IMG/VR virus record: IMGVR_UViG_3300021963_000057
Location: 32,001 to 96,000 of that record
Source of the DNA: a virus
Reading direction: 5' to 3' (one strand)
DNA length: 64,000 bases
Made by a program: the position numbers and the translations under genes. A model generated the notes under the pieces. That model saw only the letters and a program-made list of their open reading frames with translations, searched no databases and had not been told where the DNA came from. Each line of letters begins with the position of its first letter. Within the stretch, counting starts at the first letter, position 1. Shown piece by piece: positions 54,972-64,000 of this stretch.

Positions 54972-56174
54972 ATGTTATCTTTCAAATCGTTTTTAACAGA
55001 GCAAGAGGATCCTGAAGAAGGCGCCAGTCGTCAGATTAAACACTTGACGCATGTGGAAGACCGTCCTCTCCAAACAGGTGAAAAAGGTGCAAAGCACGCT
55101 ATTGCTTCATTATCGGCCGCAGCAGAACACATCAAGTCTGGTAATAAATCCTCTGAACTGACCACAAAATATGATGGCTCACCCGCACTTGTTTATGGTC
55201 ACCACCCAAAGACAGGTAAGTTCTTTGTTGCATCTAAATCTGCTTTCAACAAAACACCAAAGATTAACTACACACCAAAAGATGTAGATATGAATCATGG
55301 CCATGCACCTGGTCTGGCCGCAAAACTAAAAGATGCACTGACACATTTACCTAAGATTGCACCTAAAAAGGGTGTTTATCAAGGTGATATGATGTTTGGT
55401 ACAGACAAAGAAGATAAGAAAAGTGAAAAGGGTGGTGGTACATCATTTCATCCTAATCCATCCGGTCTAACATACACTGCACATGGAACTCACGAAGGTT
55501 CTGTTAAAAAAGCAAAGATTGGTGTTGTGACACACTTATCCTACCATGGTAAAGATGCAGCAAGTCTAAATGCGTCACATGAAGTCGACCACGAAAACTT
55601 CAATAAACATTCGGATGTATTCTCTGTTGACCCAAGAATGGACACATCAAAAGTACATTTCAGTCCAGAAGAACAGAAGAAATTCAACAAACATATTACA
55701 GCAGCTCAAGCAGTACACGATACTCATGGTGATGATATGTATGCTGGTACCAGCGCACACCACGGAATTGGCGGTTCATTAGAAACATATATGAATCACA
55801 CTGTACGTACAGGTGAAGAAGCAAATCACAAAAACTTTAAGAATTGGTTGGAAACCAAAAAGAATAAAGATATTGATAAACTTAAAGTTGAAAAGAATAG
55901 AAAAACAAAACAAGCCGAACTTAAAGATGAACTAGGCAAGATTGAACGTAACAAGAAACATTACAATAATCTTTTCAAAATGCATGGTGAATTACAAAAA
56001 GCCAAAGATACACTCATTGGTGTTATGAATCAACACCAAGAATTCCAACACACACATGGCGGCGAATCTGCGAATCCTGAAGGATATGTTTTCCATCACG
56101 GTAAAGAATCTGATAAATTTGTTAATCGTGCGGAATTCTCACGTAGAAATTTTGCTGGAATAAGAAACATATGA
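54972..56174 (+). CDS. ligase-like nucleotidyltransferase with N-terminal capsid-targeting-like sequence
   Basis: TKYDGSP (KxDG), QGD, PEGYV, KFV; starts MLSFKSFLTE; late promoter upstream. Confidence 0.55.
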   Translation: MLSFKSFLTEQEDPEEGASRQIKHLTHVEDRPLQTGEKGAKHAIASLSAAAEHIKSGNKSSELTTKYDGSPALVYGHHPKTGKFFVASKSAFNKTPKINYTPKDVDMNHGHAPGLAAKLKDALTHLPKIAPKKGVYQGDMMFGTDKEDKKSEKGGGTSFHPNPSGLTYTAHGTHEGSVKKAKIGVVTHLSYHGKDAASLNASHEVDHENFNKHSDVFSVDPRMDTSKVHFSPEEQKKFNKHITAAQAVHDTHGDDMYAGTSAHHGIGGSLETYMNHTVRTGEEANHKNFKNWLETKKNKDIDKLKVEKNRKTKQAELKDELGKIERNKKHYNNLFKMHGELQKAKDTLIGVMNQHQEFQHTHGGESANPEGYVFHHGKESDKFVNRAEFSRRNFAGIRNI

Positions 56175-57952
56175 AAAAGTTTTTAGAAAAATTACACGAA
56201 GATGCACAGACCCACACACCTGTGGTGATGGCATTTGGTCGCATGAATCCACCAACTATTGGCCATGAAAAATTGGTTGATAGAGTAAAACAATTGGCCA
56301 AAGACTATAAAGCACCACATCACATTATTGTGTCACATTCTATGGACGCAAAGAAGAATCCATTGGAACTTGCAAGTAAAATCAAACACGCAAAAAGATT
56401 CTTTCCTGGTGCAAACATTACTGGTTCAAGTAAAGAGAAACCAACATTTCTACAACACGCAGCTGCATTACATCAAGCAGGTCACGACCACTTGATAATG
56501 GTTGCAGGTTCGGATCGTATACCAGAATATGAACAAAAACTAAACCAATACAATGGCGAAGGTCCAGGTAAACTATTCAACTTCAAGAAAATTGAAGTCA
56601 AGTCTGCTGGCCAACGTGACCCTGATGCTGAAGGTGCGGAAGGTATGTCTGCTTCTAAGATGCGTGAACACGCAAAGAGTGGTGATTTTAACTCCTTCAG
56701 ACAAGGTGTTCCATCACATGTTCCAGAAAAACATGCGAGAGAATTGTTCCGTGATGTTCGTAAAGGCATGGGACTAAATGAAGATTATAACCGTGGTCTA
56801 TTCAAAGCAATATTTGTGACTGGTGGACCAGGTTCAGGTAAAGATGTTATCATCCGTGAAGCAATTGCTGAAAGTAAAGCAGTTGAACTAAACTCAGTAC
56901 AAGCATTTGACTTATTAATGGACAAACAAAAATTGTCCGAAAAAACAACCGACTATCGTAGAGAAGCTATTCGTAATCGTAGTCCACTAATCATTAACGG
57001 TCCTGCTGATGACCACACAAGAATTATTACCATCAGAGAAGAACTAGAAGAATTTGGTTATGAAACTGTAATGGTGTTTGTTGATACAACTAACGAAGCC
57101 AGTAAAGAACGCAATGAGAAGTTGACCAAGTCAATTTCAGAATCAGTTAGATATGACAAGTGGCAATTAGCACAAACTTCAAAAGAAGCATATCGTCAGA
57201 ATTTTTCCAACTTTATAGATTTCAATAATAGTTCATCTTTTGAAGAAATTCAAGAGGATATTAGTGATACTTATGGAAAAATAAATAGGTTCATCGAGGA
57301 CAAAAATTACAATGAAATTGCGTTCTCTTGGTTGTCAAGTCGTGGTAAAATTAGTATCACATCATTATTTAAGGAAAATGAAAATGTTAAGAAAAATTCT
57401 AGATTTTTTGAAAGTTACAAAACCAAGCGCACCAGCGGAAGTCCAAGTCTCAACACCGGCACCGGTCCAAGAGCAGACGGTCCAGGAGACAGCACCCCAG
57501 ATAATCGTGCAGGAGACTCCAACGCAGACAACATCAAGTGGGACAGAAACAGTAAGCGAGGAAGTTACACCTTCAAAACCTACAGTGAAGAAGGCCCCAG
57601 CCTCAAAGTCAGCCCAATCCCCAAAGAAAGCAACTTCTCCAAGGACAAAGAAAAAGTAAAGCGTAATCGTTTTACCGACTCACCAACTGTTAATCAACGT
57701 ATGAGAAACATATCGACAGTTGGTCCAGAATTCGATACACGCCAACAGGGAACAGTATACCCTATGTCTGGTCTAGGCGATGTAACATATAGAGAACATG
57801 TAGATTTTAAGAATTTTAGGGAATCACATAATGATCCTTCTGATTCAGAAATGGGTGTTTATGGTGTTTTAGGTGGTTCTTCAAATAAAGAACCGATGGA
57901 AAACCCAAAAGATAAATTTGGTTCTAGTTCAATAAAGAAGAAAAAGAAATGA
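56171..57952 (+). CDS. HxGH nucleotidyltransferase fused to P-loop kinase
   Basis: FGRMNPPTIGH, MSASKMR; GGPGSGKD. Confidence 0.75.
   Translation: MKKFLEKLHEDAQTHTPVVMAFGRMNPPTIGHEKLVDRVKQLAKDYKAPHHIIVSHSMDAKKNPLELASKIKHAKRFFPGANITGSSKEKPTFLQHAAALHQAGHDHLIMVAGSDRIPEYEQKLNQYNGEGPGKLFNFKKIEVKSAGQRDPDAEGAEGMSASKMREHAKSGDFNSFRQGVPSHVPEKHARELFRDVRKGMGLNEDYNRGLFKAIFVTGGPGSGKDVIIREAIAESKAVELNSVQAFDLLMDKQKLSEKTTDYRREAIRNRSPLIINGPADDHTRIITIREELEEFGYETVMVFVDTTNEASKERNEKLTKSISESVRYDKWQLAQTSKEAYRQNFSNFIDFNNSSSFEEIQEDISDTYGKINRFIEDKNYNEIAFSWLSSRGKISITSLFKENENVKKNSRFFESYKTKRTSGSPSLNTGTGPRADGPGDSTPDNRAGDSNADNIKWDRNSKRGSYTFKTYSEEGPSLKVSPIPKESNFSKDKEKVKRNRFTDSPTVNQRMRNISTVGPEFDTRQQGTVYPMSGLGDVTYREHVDFKNFRESHNDPSDSEMGVYGVLGGSSNKEPMENPKDKFGSSSIKKKKK
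57384..57659 (+). CDS. putative overprinted protein (alternate frame)
   Basis: AAGGA SD; amphipathic N-terminus and Lys-rich tail. Confidence 0.4.
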   Translation: MLRKILDFLKVTKPSAPAEVQVSTPAPVQEQTVQETAPQIIVQETPTQTTSSGTETVSEEVTPSKPTVKKAPASKSAQSPKKATSPRTKKK

Positions 57953-58161
57953 AAAAATTCACAGAATTTGTAAAAGAATCCACACCAGAAACGGCACACC
58001 ACGATGCTCAAGAAATCAAACGTCAAAAGAAACATTTGATGGATAAAGCAAAAGAGTATGGTGACCAAGCTGATAGAGAAAAACAATTCGGTCACGGCGG
58101 CGCCGCACAAGCTAAAGGTGAAACTATGGCTGCAGCTGCAAAAAATATCAAAGGAGCATAA
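57949..58161 (+). CDS. small internal head protein-like
   Basis: starts MKKFTEFVKE. Confidence 0.6.
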   Translation: MKKFTEFVKESTPETAHHDAQEIKRQKKHLMDKAKEYGDQADREKQFGHGGAAQAKGETMAAAAKNIKGA

Positions 58162-58947
58162 ATGATTAACTTAAAAAAACAAGATCCTATTGCTGATGCA
58201 GTAAAAGAAATTTTACAACAAGAGGCACTAAAGGGCAATCAACATAAAATTGATAAAAACAAGAATAACAAAATTGATGCGGAAGACTTTAAACTTCTAC
58301 GCAAAGAAGAAAATGTTGATGAAGCTCTGAAAGGCAATCAACATAAGATTGACAAGAATAAAAACAATAAGATTGATGCAGAAGATTTCAAAATTCTTCG
58401 TAAAGAAGAAACTGTTGAAGAAGGCATCAAAGACATTGCTAAGAAAGCATTCAAAGCTTTGACTGGTGGTTCAGACGAAGACCAACGTAAAGACCTACAA
58501 CGTAAGATGGGTCTACCACAAACTGGTCAGAAACCAACTCAAAAAGAAGAAGTTGAACAGATTGATGAACTATCAAAATCAACTTTAGGTTCTTATGTAA
58601 AAGGTGCAGCAAGAGATGTTGGTGTTTCTCGTAAACTTAGTGCTGACTTTGAGAATAAGGCAGATAAGTCTAGAAATGCTAGCTCAAAGACAGCAAATTC
58701 TAGTATTTCCAAAAGATTCAATGACATAGCCAAAAAGCGTCAGGCAGGCATTGGCCAAGCAGTTGAACGATTAACAAAGGAAGAAGTCATGCCAAAAACA
58801 TTGAAACAATTCAAAGAAAATGCATTTGACTGGAAAAAGAAACCAGAACCAACACCAAACGGTGGTTCAGGTGTAAAACAAGGCACACGTTATGGTGGTT
58901 CCAAACAAAAAGATGTACCTGAAAAGGATACTGACGAAAAAAAGTAA
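58162..58947 (+). CDS. internal head protein-like with EF-hand-like tandem repeat
   Basis: EALKGNQHKIDKNKNNKIDAEDFK occurs twice. Confidence 0.65.
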   Translation: MINLKKQDPIADAVKEILQQEALKGNQHKIDKNKNNKIDAEDFKLLRKEENVDEALKGNQHKIDKNKNNKIDAEDFKILRKEETVEEGIKDIAKKAFKALTGGSDEDQRKDLQRKMGLPQTGQKPTQKEEVEQIDELSKSTLGSYVKGAARDVGVSRKLSADFENKADKSRNASSKTANSSISKRFNDIAKKRQAGIGQAVERLTKEEVMPKTLKQFKENAFDWKKKPEPTPNGGSGVKQGTRYGGSKQKDVPEKDTDEKK

Positions 58948-58993
58948 ATGAGGCAAAGGGACCAACCAGTCAAGAGGACGGTCCTTTTGTCTC
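58938..58993 (+). other. putative -1 ribosomal frameshift signal
   Basis: A_AAA_AAG, 5-nt spacer, 14-bp hairpin; -1 frame open to 59093. Confidence 0.65.
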
Positions 58994-59102
58994 TAGTATC
59001 AACGATACACACGATTTAAAGCCATTGAACCACGCAAGGTACTTAGCCAAACAATCGTTAGATAAAGTTCAAAAAGATATGATGAACAAATAAGGCACAA
59101 TA

Positions 59103-60548
59103 ATGAGCAAAGCACAAACATTAAAATCTATAATCAAAAAGGGTGGCGCAGAAAAGTCAACCTTTGGAACCAATCCTTGGGATCCATGGTCCGCAAAAGC
59201 AAACATTGCGGAAGATGCTGCTTTGGATCAATATTTGACTTCTAGAGGTATCAATCCAAAACATGTCACTAAAGACCAAAAGGTTGCACATTCTAAGATG
59301 GGTCAGTTCCTAAAATGGAAAAGAGACCATATGTCGGAAGCTGTGGATAGAAAAGACACTATCACTTTTGATATTCCCTTATTGATTCGTGTTTTGGAAT
59401 TTACTAGAGAAGATTTGAAGTCTGATATCAACCTACACAAGATGGTTGAAAGATTATTGAATATTCGTGGTAAAGGCACATTGACCATGAAAGAATATGG
59501 TAGAATTGTCAAAGAAGAATATTCAGAAGAAGAAGTTGAACAGATTGTTGAAATAACAACTACTGGTTATCACGCAGCTGCTATTAAGAGCAGAAATGAT
59601 GCTGCTGTTAAAGTCATGTCTAGTATGGGTAAAGACAAGGAAGCAAAAACAAAACTTGATGCTCGCAACAGAGGTCTTAAAAGACTAAGTGACAGGACAC
59701 ATGCTGATATGAAGAAGGCCAATTCTGGTCCACAAAAACCTATAGAACACAAACCAAGTAGCATGAGTTCTCCACAGGCATACTATGCATCCAAGAAACC
59801 AGGTGAATATACTGGTGACTCTGTTCAGTATTCAGATGACACAAATGTTATTTCCGAAATCAGTAGTGCAACTTTAGATAGTTACAAAGAAAAGGCTAAG
59901 AAGTCTGCTGATGAATTGTCAGCAAAAGGTCAATATAGAAAATCTACAAACCGTTGGGGTAACATTATGAAAGCCACCGGTAAACAGATTGATAAAACAA
60001 CTGCTGATATCAAGAAGTCTTTGAATAAAGAAGAAACTGTTTCGGAAGTTGCACCTCCAGGTTTTGAAGGCACTGTTAAAGCCATGAAGAAATACAAGGG
60101 TATTGATAATCCTTGGGCACTTGCATGGTCTATGAAGAACAAAGGTTACAAGTCTCACAAGAAGTCAGACGGTACACCTAAGAACGAAAATTACCAAGAC
60201 CCAATGGCCGCTTCGTCAATGCCTTGTGATTGTGCAAACAGTCCTGATGATGTGGAACCAAAAGATAAGAATAAAAAATTGATTCAAATGTCCAAGTCTG
60301 CTCGAATTATTAAAAACCTTTACAAAAAGAAAGGTATGAAAGAGGAAACTTACGACCATGAAAAGGAAGACAAATCTGTTGCAACATATGGTAAAAAACC
60401 AAAAATGCAACAGGTTAGTACAAGTTTAGAGGAACCAAAAGCCGCAGCGGTCCTAACAGGCGGTACCACCATGACTGGTGAAAAGCGTGATACCATCGAA
60501 ATCGACCCTATGATGAAGATGCGTAAACCAATTTCTGGAAAAAGATAA
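59103..60548 (+). CDS. charged internal head protein-like
   Basis: recurrent (I/V)xE motifs, Lys/Glu-rich. Confidence 0.55.
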   Translation: MSKAQTLKSIIKKGGAEKSTFGTNPWDPWSAKANIAEDAALDQYLTSRGINPKHVTKDQKVAHSKMGQFLKWKRDHMSEAVDRKDTITFDIPLLIRVLEFTREDLKSDINLHKMVERLLNIRGKGTLTMKEYGRIVKEEYSEEEVEQIVEITTTGYHAAAIKSRNDAAVKVMSSMGKDKEAKTKLDARNRGLKRLSDRTHADMKKANSGPQKPIEHKPSSMSSPQAYYASKKPGEYTGDSVQYSDDTNVISEISSATLDSYKEKAKKSADELSAKGQYRKSTNRWGNIMKATGKQIDKTTADIKKSLNKEETVSEVAPPGFEGTVKAMKKYKGIDNPWALAWSMKNKGYKSHKKSDGTPKNENYQDPMAASSMPCDCANSPDDVEPKDKNKKLIQMSKSARIIKNLYKKKGMKEETYDHEKEDKSVATYGKKPKMQQVSTSLEEPKAAAVLTGGTTMTGEKRDTIEIDPMMKMRKPISGKR

Positions 60549-60583
60549 ATACAAAGATAACCCTCGGTTAAAAGGAGAAAAAC

Positions 60584-61261
60584 ATGTCATCTTGGGGAAA
60601 TAACGATAACGCAGCTAACGCACCATATTGGGCCGTTAACTCAACAATAGTCAATGCAGCTGACGTAAAAGCAGTTGCAGCTGCGCCTACCGCAGCAAAC
60701 GTTGAATTACTTTATGGTAATACAACTGCTGATGTTTATACAACAGGTCAAACTATTGGTTTGTTTGCTGTTGATACACAAGAAGCTTCAGCAACAAATA
60801 GAGTACATTCTGGTTGGGTACTAAGAACTACTGGTTCTGGCGGCCGTGCCAACCGTGTACAAGAAGAAGTTTTGGTAGCATTAAGTGGTTTGTCTGCTGA
60901 TGGTGTTGATGGTGATGCACAAGCTTACGCTAACGTAACAATCACATTGTCTGGCCCATCTAGTGCATCAATTGTTGCAAATACAGACTACGCAAACTTG
61001 GTATCATTCAGTGTAACACCTACATTGGACGGAAACACCGCTGCAACATTGACATATCAGTGGCAATACAATGCAGGTTCAGGTTGGGCAAACATTCCTG
61101 CAAACACAGTGCCAATTCAGTACAACGGCGCAACGTCAGCAACATTGTTCGCAAGACCAAAGACTACAGCAAATACAGGAACAGTATATCGTGTTACCGT
61201 TACTGCTGCAGACCAAGGTGTGTCAGCAACATCTGCAAACGCAACTATCACTATAACCTGA
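60584..61261 (+). CDS. virion surface protein with C-terminal Ig-like domain
   Basis: LTYQWQ...W.NI..AT.ATL...YRV.V. Confidence 0.7.
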   Translation: MSSWGNNDNAANAPYWAVNSTIVNAADVKAVAAAPTAANVELLYGNTTADVYTTGQTIGLFAVDTQEASATNRVHSGWVLRTTGSGGRANRVQEEVLVALSGLSADGVDGDAQAYANVTITLSGPSSASIVANTDYANLVSFSVTPTLDGNTAATLTYQWQYNAGSGWANIPANTVPIQYNGATSATLFARPKTTANTGTVYRVTVTAADQGVSATSANATITIT

Positions 61262-61262
61262 T

Positions 61263-61285
61263 AGAAGGGGCTTCGGCCCCTCTTT
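61263..61285 (+). terminator. terminator
   Basis: AGGGGC-TTCG-GCCCCT-CTTT. Confidence 0.65.
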
Positions 61286-61288
61286 AAT

Positions 61289-61675
61289 ATGTTTGATGAT
61301 TTGAATGAAGACAATTTTATGATGTATGCTATGAAATGCTATACGTCACCACATTGTATTATGTCGGAATTTGAGGGAGATATCAAAAGAACAAAATACC
61401 TGAAAAGGTTGTTTCGTAGATACAAGGTAACTAAATCCCTCAAAGAACGACTAATTCTAAACCATATCATTTTATTGAATAATGTTTTTGGTACGGAAGC
61501 AACCGCAAGAATATTGTTCTATAAGACTGATGAACGAGATTATGATATTCTAAAAACTTTTTTAGATTACCTTGACATTATGCCCGACTTTGTTTATGGA
61601 ATTAATGGAAAAACTATATCATCATCCGATTTACCACTAGATATGAATGTCGCAGAGATATTAAGAAACATATGA
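61289..61675 (+). CDS. conserved T4-like hypothetical protein
   Basis: ERLILNHII.L.NVFG. Confidence 0.7.
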   Translation: MFDDLNEDNFMMYAMKCYTSPHCIMSEFEGDIKRTKYLKRLFRRYKVTKSLKERLILNHIILLNNVFGTEATARILFYKTDERDYDILKTFLDYLDIMPDFVYGINGKTISSSDLPLDMNVAEILRNI

Positions 61676-62325
61676 AAAAATTCAACGAATACATCAACGA
61701 AGTAAAAGAACCAACAGGTGACTTAAAAAAGGCTTGTTGGACTGGTTATACTGCTGTCGGTACAAAAAAGAAAAACGGTAGAACCGTTCCTAATTGTGTT
61801 CCGGAAGAAGTTGAAATAGACGAAAACCATATTGCCATCGCCATGGGTAAAGAGATGGATGATGAAGGTAGTATGATTATGAATCAGTTGGATCAAATGG
61901 AACGTTCCATCAACATGTTGCGTGGAGTCGTTAAGGATCCAAACATGCAAGTACCTGCATGGGTTCAGTCTAAAGTTACATTAGCAGCAGATTACATCGA
62001 AACTGTTGCTGGTTATATGTCTAGTAAAAACGAAGAAGTTGACCTAGAAGAAACTGCTGCATGGCAACGCAAAGAAGGTAAGAGTGAATCTGGTGGTTTG
62101 AATGCCAAAGGTGTTGCAAGTTATCGTAGAGAGAATCCAGGTTCTAAACTAAAAACAGCTGTCACAACTAAACCATCAAAATTAAAACCAGGTTCTGCTG
62201 CTGCAAATCGCCGTAAATCATTCTGTGCTAGAATGTCTGGTATGAAGAAAAGATTAACTTCAGCAAAAACTGCTAATGATCCAGATTCACGTATCAATAA
62301 GTCTCTACGTAAGTGGAATTGCTAA
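61672..62325 (+). CDS. internal head protein-like
   Basis: starts MKKFNEYINE; CWTGY motif; RRKSFCARM. Confidence 0.6.
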   Translation: MKKFNEYINEVKEPTGDLKKACWTGYTAVGTKKKNGRTVPNCVPEEVEIDENHIAIAMGKEMDDEGSMIMNQLDQMERSINMLRGVVKDPNMQVPAWVQSKVTLAADYIETVAGYMSSKNEEVDLEETAAWQRKEGKSESGGLNAKGVASYRRENPGSKLKTAVTTKPSKLKPGSAAANRRKSFCARMSGMKKRLTSAKTANDPDSRINKSLRKWNC

Positions 62326-62570
62326 TGGTAACATTCAAAGAATTTATTACAGAAAAGGGTAGATGTTGGACTGGTTACAAACCTGTTCCTGGTAAAAAAC
62401 CATATTCTGACGGCAGCTGTGTGAAAGAAGATGGTATGGCCGGTGCACCAGCAAATGCTGTGGGTGGTGGAAACATTGCTGGTTCAGGCGGAGCTGGCGG
62501 AGAACCTGGAGTTTCTAAGAAAAGAAATCCAGTAATGTCATTCTTCAAACGTAAACAGCAAAAGATGTAA
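62325..62570 (+). CDS. small internal head protein-like
   Basis: starts MVTFKEFITE; CWTGY motif. Confidence 0.55.
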   Translation: MVTFKEFITEKGRCWTGYKPVPGKKPYSDGSCVKEDGMAGAPANAVGGGNIAGSGGAGGEPGVSKKRNPVMSFFKRKQQKM

Positions 62571-62571
62571 T

Positions 62572-63027
62572 ATGTGGATATTGGAATGGTTGCCTAATTG
62601 GATTTTCTACGCCGTCTTATTAGCCGGCGTTTTTGGTTTGGTTGTTACGTATCTAATTCGATTCTTAAGTTTTATTCCTTTCCTTTACGTCTATAAGACT
62701 CCCATACAACTCATTTCTATTGCAGCAATTGCAATCGGCACTTTCATGGCCGGTGCTATACATGATAATGAATCGTGGGAAGCAAAAGTTCGTGAAATGG
62801 AAGAAAAAGTTGCCGCAGCAGAAGCACAATCAAAAGAAGAAAATATTAAGATAGTTGAGAAAGTGGTAAACAAAGTACAAATAGTCAAGACCCGTGGTCA
62901 AGACATTGTTAAATATGTAGATAGAGAAGTGGTCAAATACGACACAAAATTTGCACCTGGAGGTGTCTGTGAGATACCTAAAGAGTTTATCAAAGCACAT
63001 AATGATGCAGCAGAGGCACCAAAATGA
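62572..63027 (+). CDS. i-spanin (Rz-like)
   Basis: TM segments, coiled coil, C-terminal Cys; next to lipoprotein. Confidence 0.7.
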   Translation: MWILEWLPNWIFYAVLLAGVFGLVVTYLIRFLSFIPFLYVYKTPIQLISIAAIAIGTFMAGAIHDNESWEAKVREMEEKVAAAEAQSKEENIKIVEKVVNKVQIVKTRGQDIVKYVDREVVKYDTKFAPGGVCEIPKEFIKAHNDAAEAPK

Positions 63028-63284
63028 AATATTTGTTTATCATATTACTATTGGCTGGTTGTTCAACTACTGTTCCAGTTACAGCAAAGTTTCCTGATGC
63101 ACCAGGTAATGTGGCAATGACTGCTTGTCCACAATTACAAAAATTAAATGAAGATGCCAAGTTAAGTGATATTAGTAAAACTGTGTCTGTAAACTATGGT
63201 ACATACTATGAATGTGCTGTAAAAACAGATGCATGGATTGAATGGTATCAAATACAAAAACGTATTTTTGAAGGTGTAAAATGA
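63024..63284 (+). CDS. o-spanin lipoprotein (Rz1-like)
   Basis: LLAGC lipobox, Pro/Cys pattern. Confidence 0.75.
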   Translation: MKYLFIILLLAGCSTTVPVTAKFPDAPGNVAMTACPQLQKLNEDAKLSDISKTVSVNYGTYYECAVKTDAWIEWYQIQKRIFEGVK

Positions 63285-63802
63285 CAGAAGAACAAGAAGT
63301 TACAAAAGAACGCACTGGTTGGATTATCACATTTTTGGCTGCACTACTGGCCATCACATCACTTTTAGATGGTGGTAATTCATCACAAATTTTGGATAAT
63401 ACAATCGAAGCAAACAATGTTTGGTCGTTCTATCAAGCAAAAAGTATTAAACAATCGTTAGCTGAAATATCATATGATAATGCAGTTCGTAATGGTGACA
63501 AGAAAAAGGCTGAAGTTATGAAAGCCAAAATTGCACGTTATGAATCAGAACCTTCAACTGGTGAAGGTAAAAAGGAATTGTTGGAAAAGGCTCGTGCAAT
63601 TGAAGCAGAGAGAGCAGAAGCGGAACTAAGAAGTCCGTGGTACACATACTCAAATGCTTTCTATCAAATTGCAATTGTTATATTAGCTGCATCTATGTTG
63701 ACATTGAGTAAGAGAATGTATTGGATCGGCATCGGCCTCGGTGTTTTTGCAGTATTGTTGATGACTCAAGGTGCTTTGTTATGGTTACCGATAACATTAT
63801 AA
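63281..63802 (+). CDS. DUF4337-like membrane protein
   Basis: W.FYQAKSIKQ, three TMs. Confidence 0.65.
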   Translation: MTEEQEVTKERTGWIITFLAALLAITSLLDGGNSSQILDNTIEANNVWSFYQAKSIKQSLAEISYDNAVRNGDKKKAEVMKAKIARYESEPSTGEGKKELLEKARAIEAERAEAELRSPWYTYSNAFYQIAIVILAASMLTLSKRMYWIGIGLGVFAVLLMTQGALLWLPITL

Positions 63803-63811
63803 GGACTGAAA

Positions 63812-64000
63812 ATGGAATTAACAAAAGAACAATTAAAACAATTACTTCCAAAAAACCCATACATTGACCACTGGCACCATGCCTTGTCAATTTTATTACC
63901 TGATTATGAAATCAATACACCTCAGAGAATGGCGGCTTTCATAGCACAATGTGCTCATGAGTCTGGTGGTTTCATGGTTCTCAAAGAGAATCTAAATTAC
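63812..64000 (+). CDS. glycoside hydrolase family 19 endolysin (partial)
   Basis: INTPQRMAAFIAQCAHESGGF..LKENLNY. Confidence 0.85.
   Translation, partial: MELTKEQLKQLLPKNPYIDHWHHALSILLPDYEINTPQRMAAFIAQCAHESGGFMVLKENLNY

Noticed and set aside
1-64000. Stop-codon reassignment
   Set aside because: Core genes are full length in the standard code and no suppressor anticodon (CTA, TTA, TCA) was found.

Overview
64 kb of an AT-rich T4-like myovirus genome, almost all on the + strand. Spanins and a GH19 endolysin point to a Gram-negative host. Layout: head/tail morphogenesis block (gp15-gp23, gp3; 1-14 kb); recombination/replication/transcription block (uvsY, uvsW, gp55, gp47/46, def, dNMP kinase, gp45/44/62, regA; 14-28.6 kb); stress genes (Hsp20, rubrerythrin, rubredoxin); a tRNA island (about 30 tRNAs covering all 20 amino acids; 29.5-39.5 kb) carrying a TROVE/Ro60-related vWA protein, a metallophosphoesterase and an RNase H-like protein; a minus-strand island; gp43-uvsX-gp41; a glycosyltransferase cluster; likely capsid-packaged internal proteins; and a lysis cassette. 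The most striking signals are in and around the tRNA island. (1) A leaderless 37-codon peptide uses all 20 amino acids (31 different codons) and overlaps a mutually exclusive antiterminator/terminator pair directly upstream of the tRNA array, as expected for a general tRNA-deficiency attenuator. (2) Five ncRNAs share a covarying terminal scaffold but carry different tRNA-mimic inserts (Y-RNA-like), and two of them sit directly upstream of the Ro60-like gene. Also seen: fixed-spacing palindromic operators, boxA elements, non-canonical tRNAs, a ROSE-like thermometer, a probable -1 frameshift and a probable overprinted gene. All assignments were made by eye from motifs and synteny; no searches were run.
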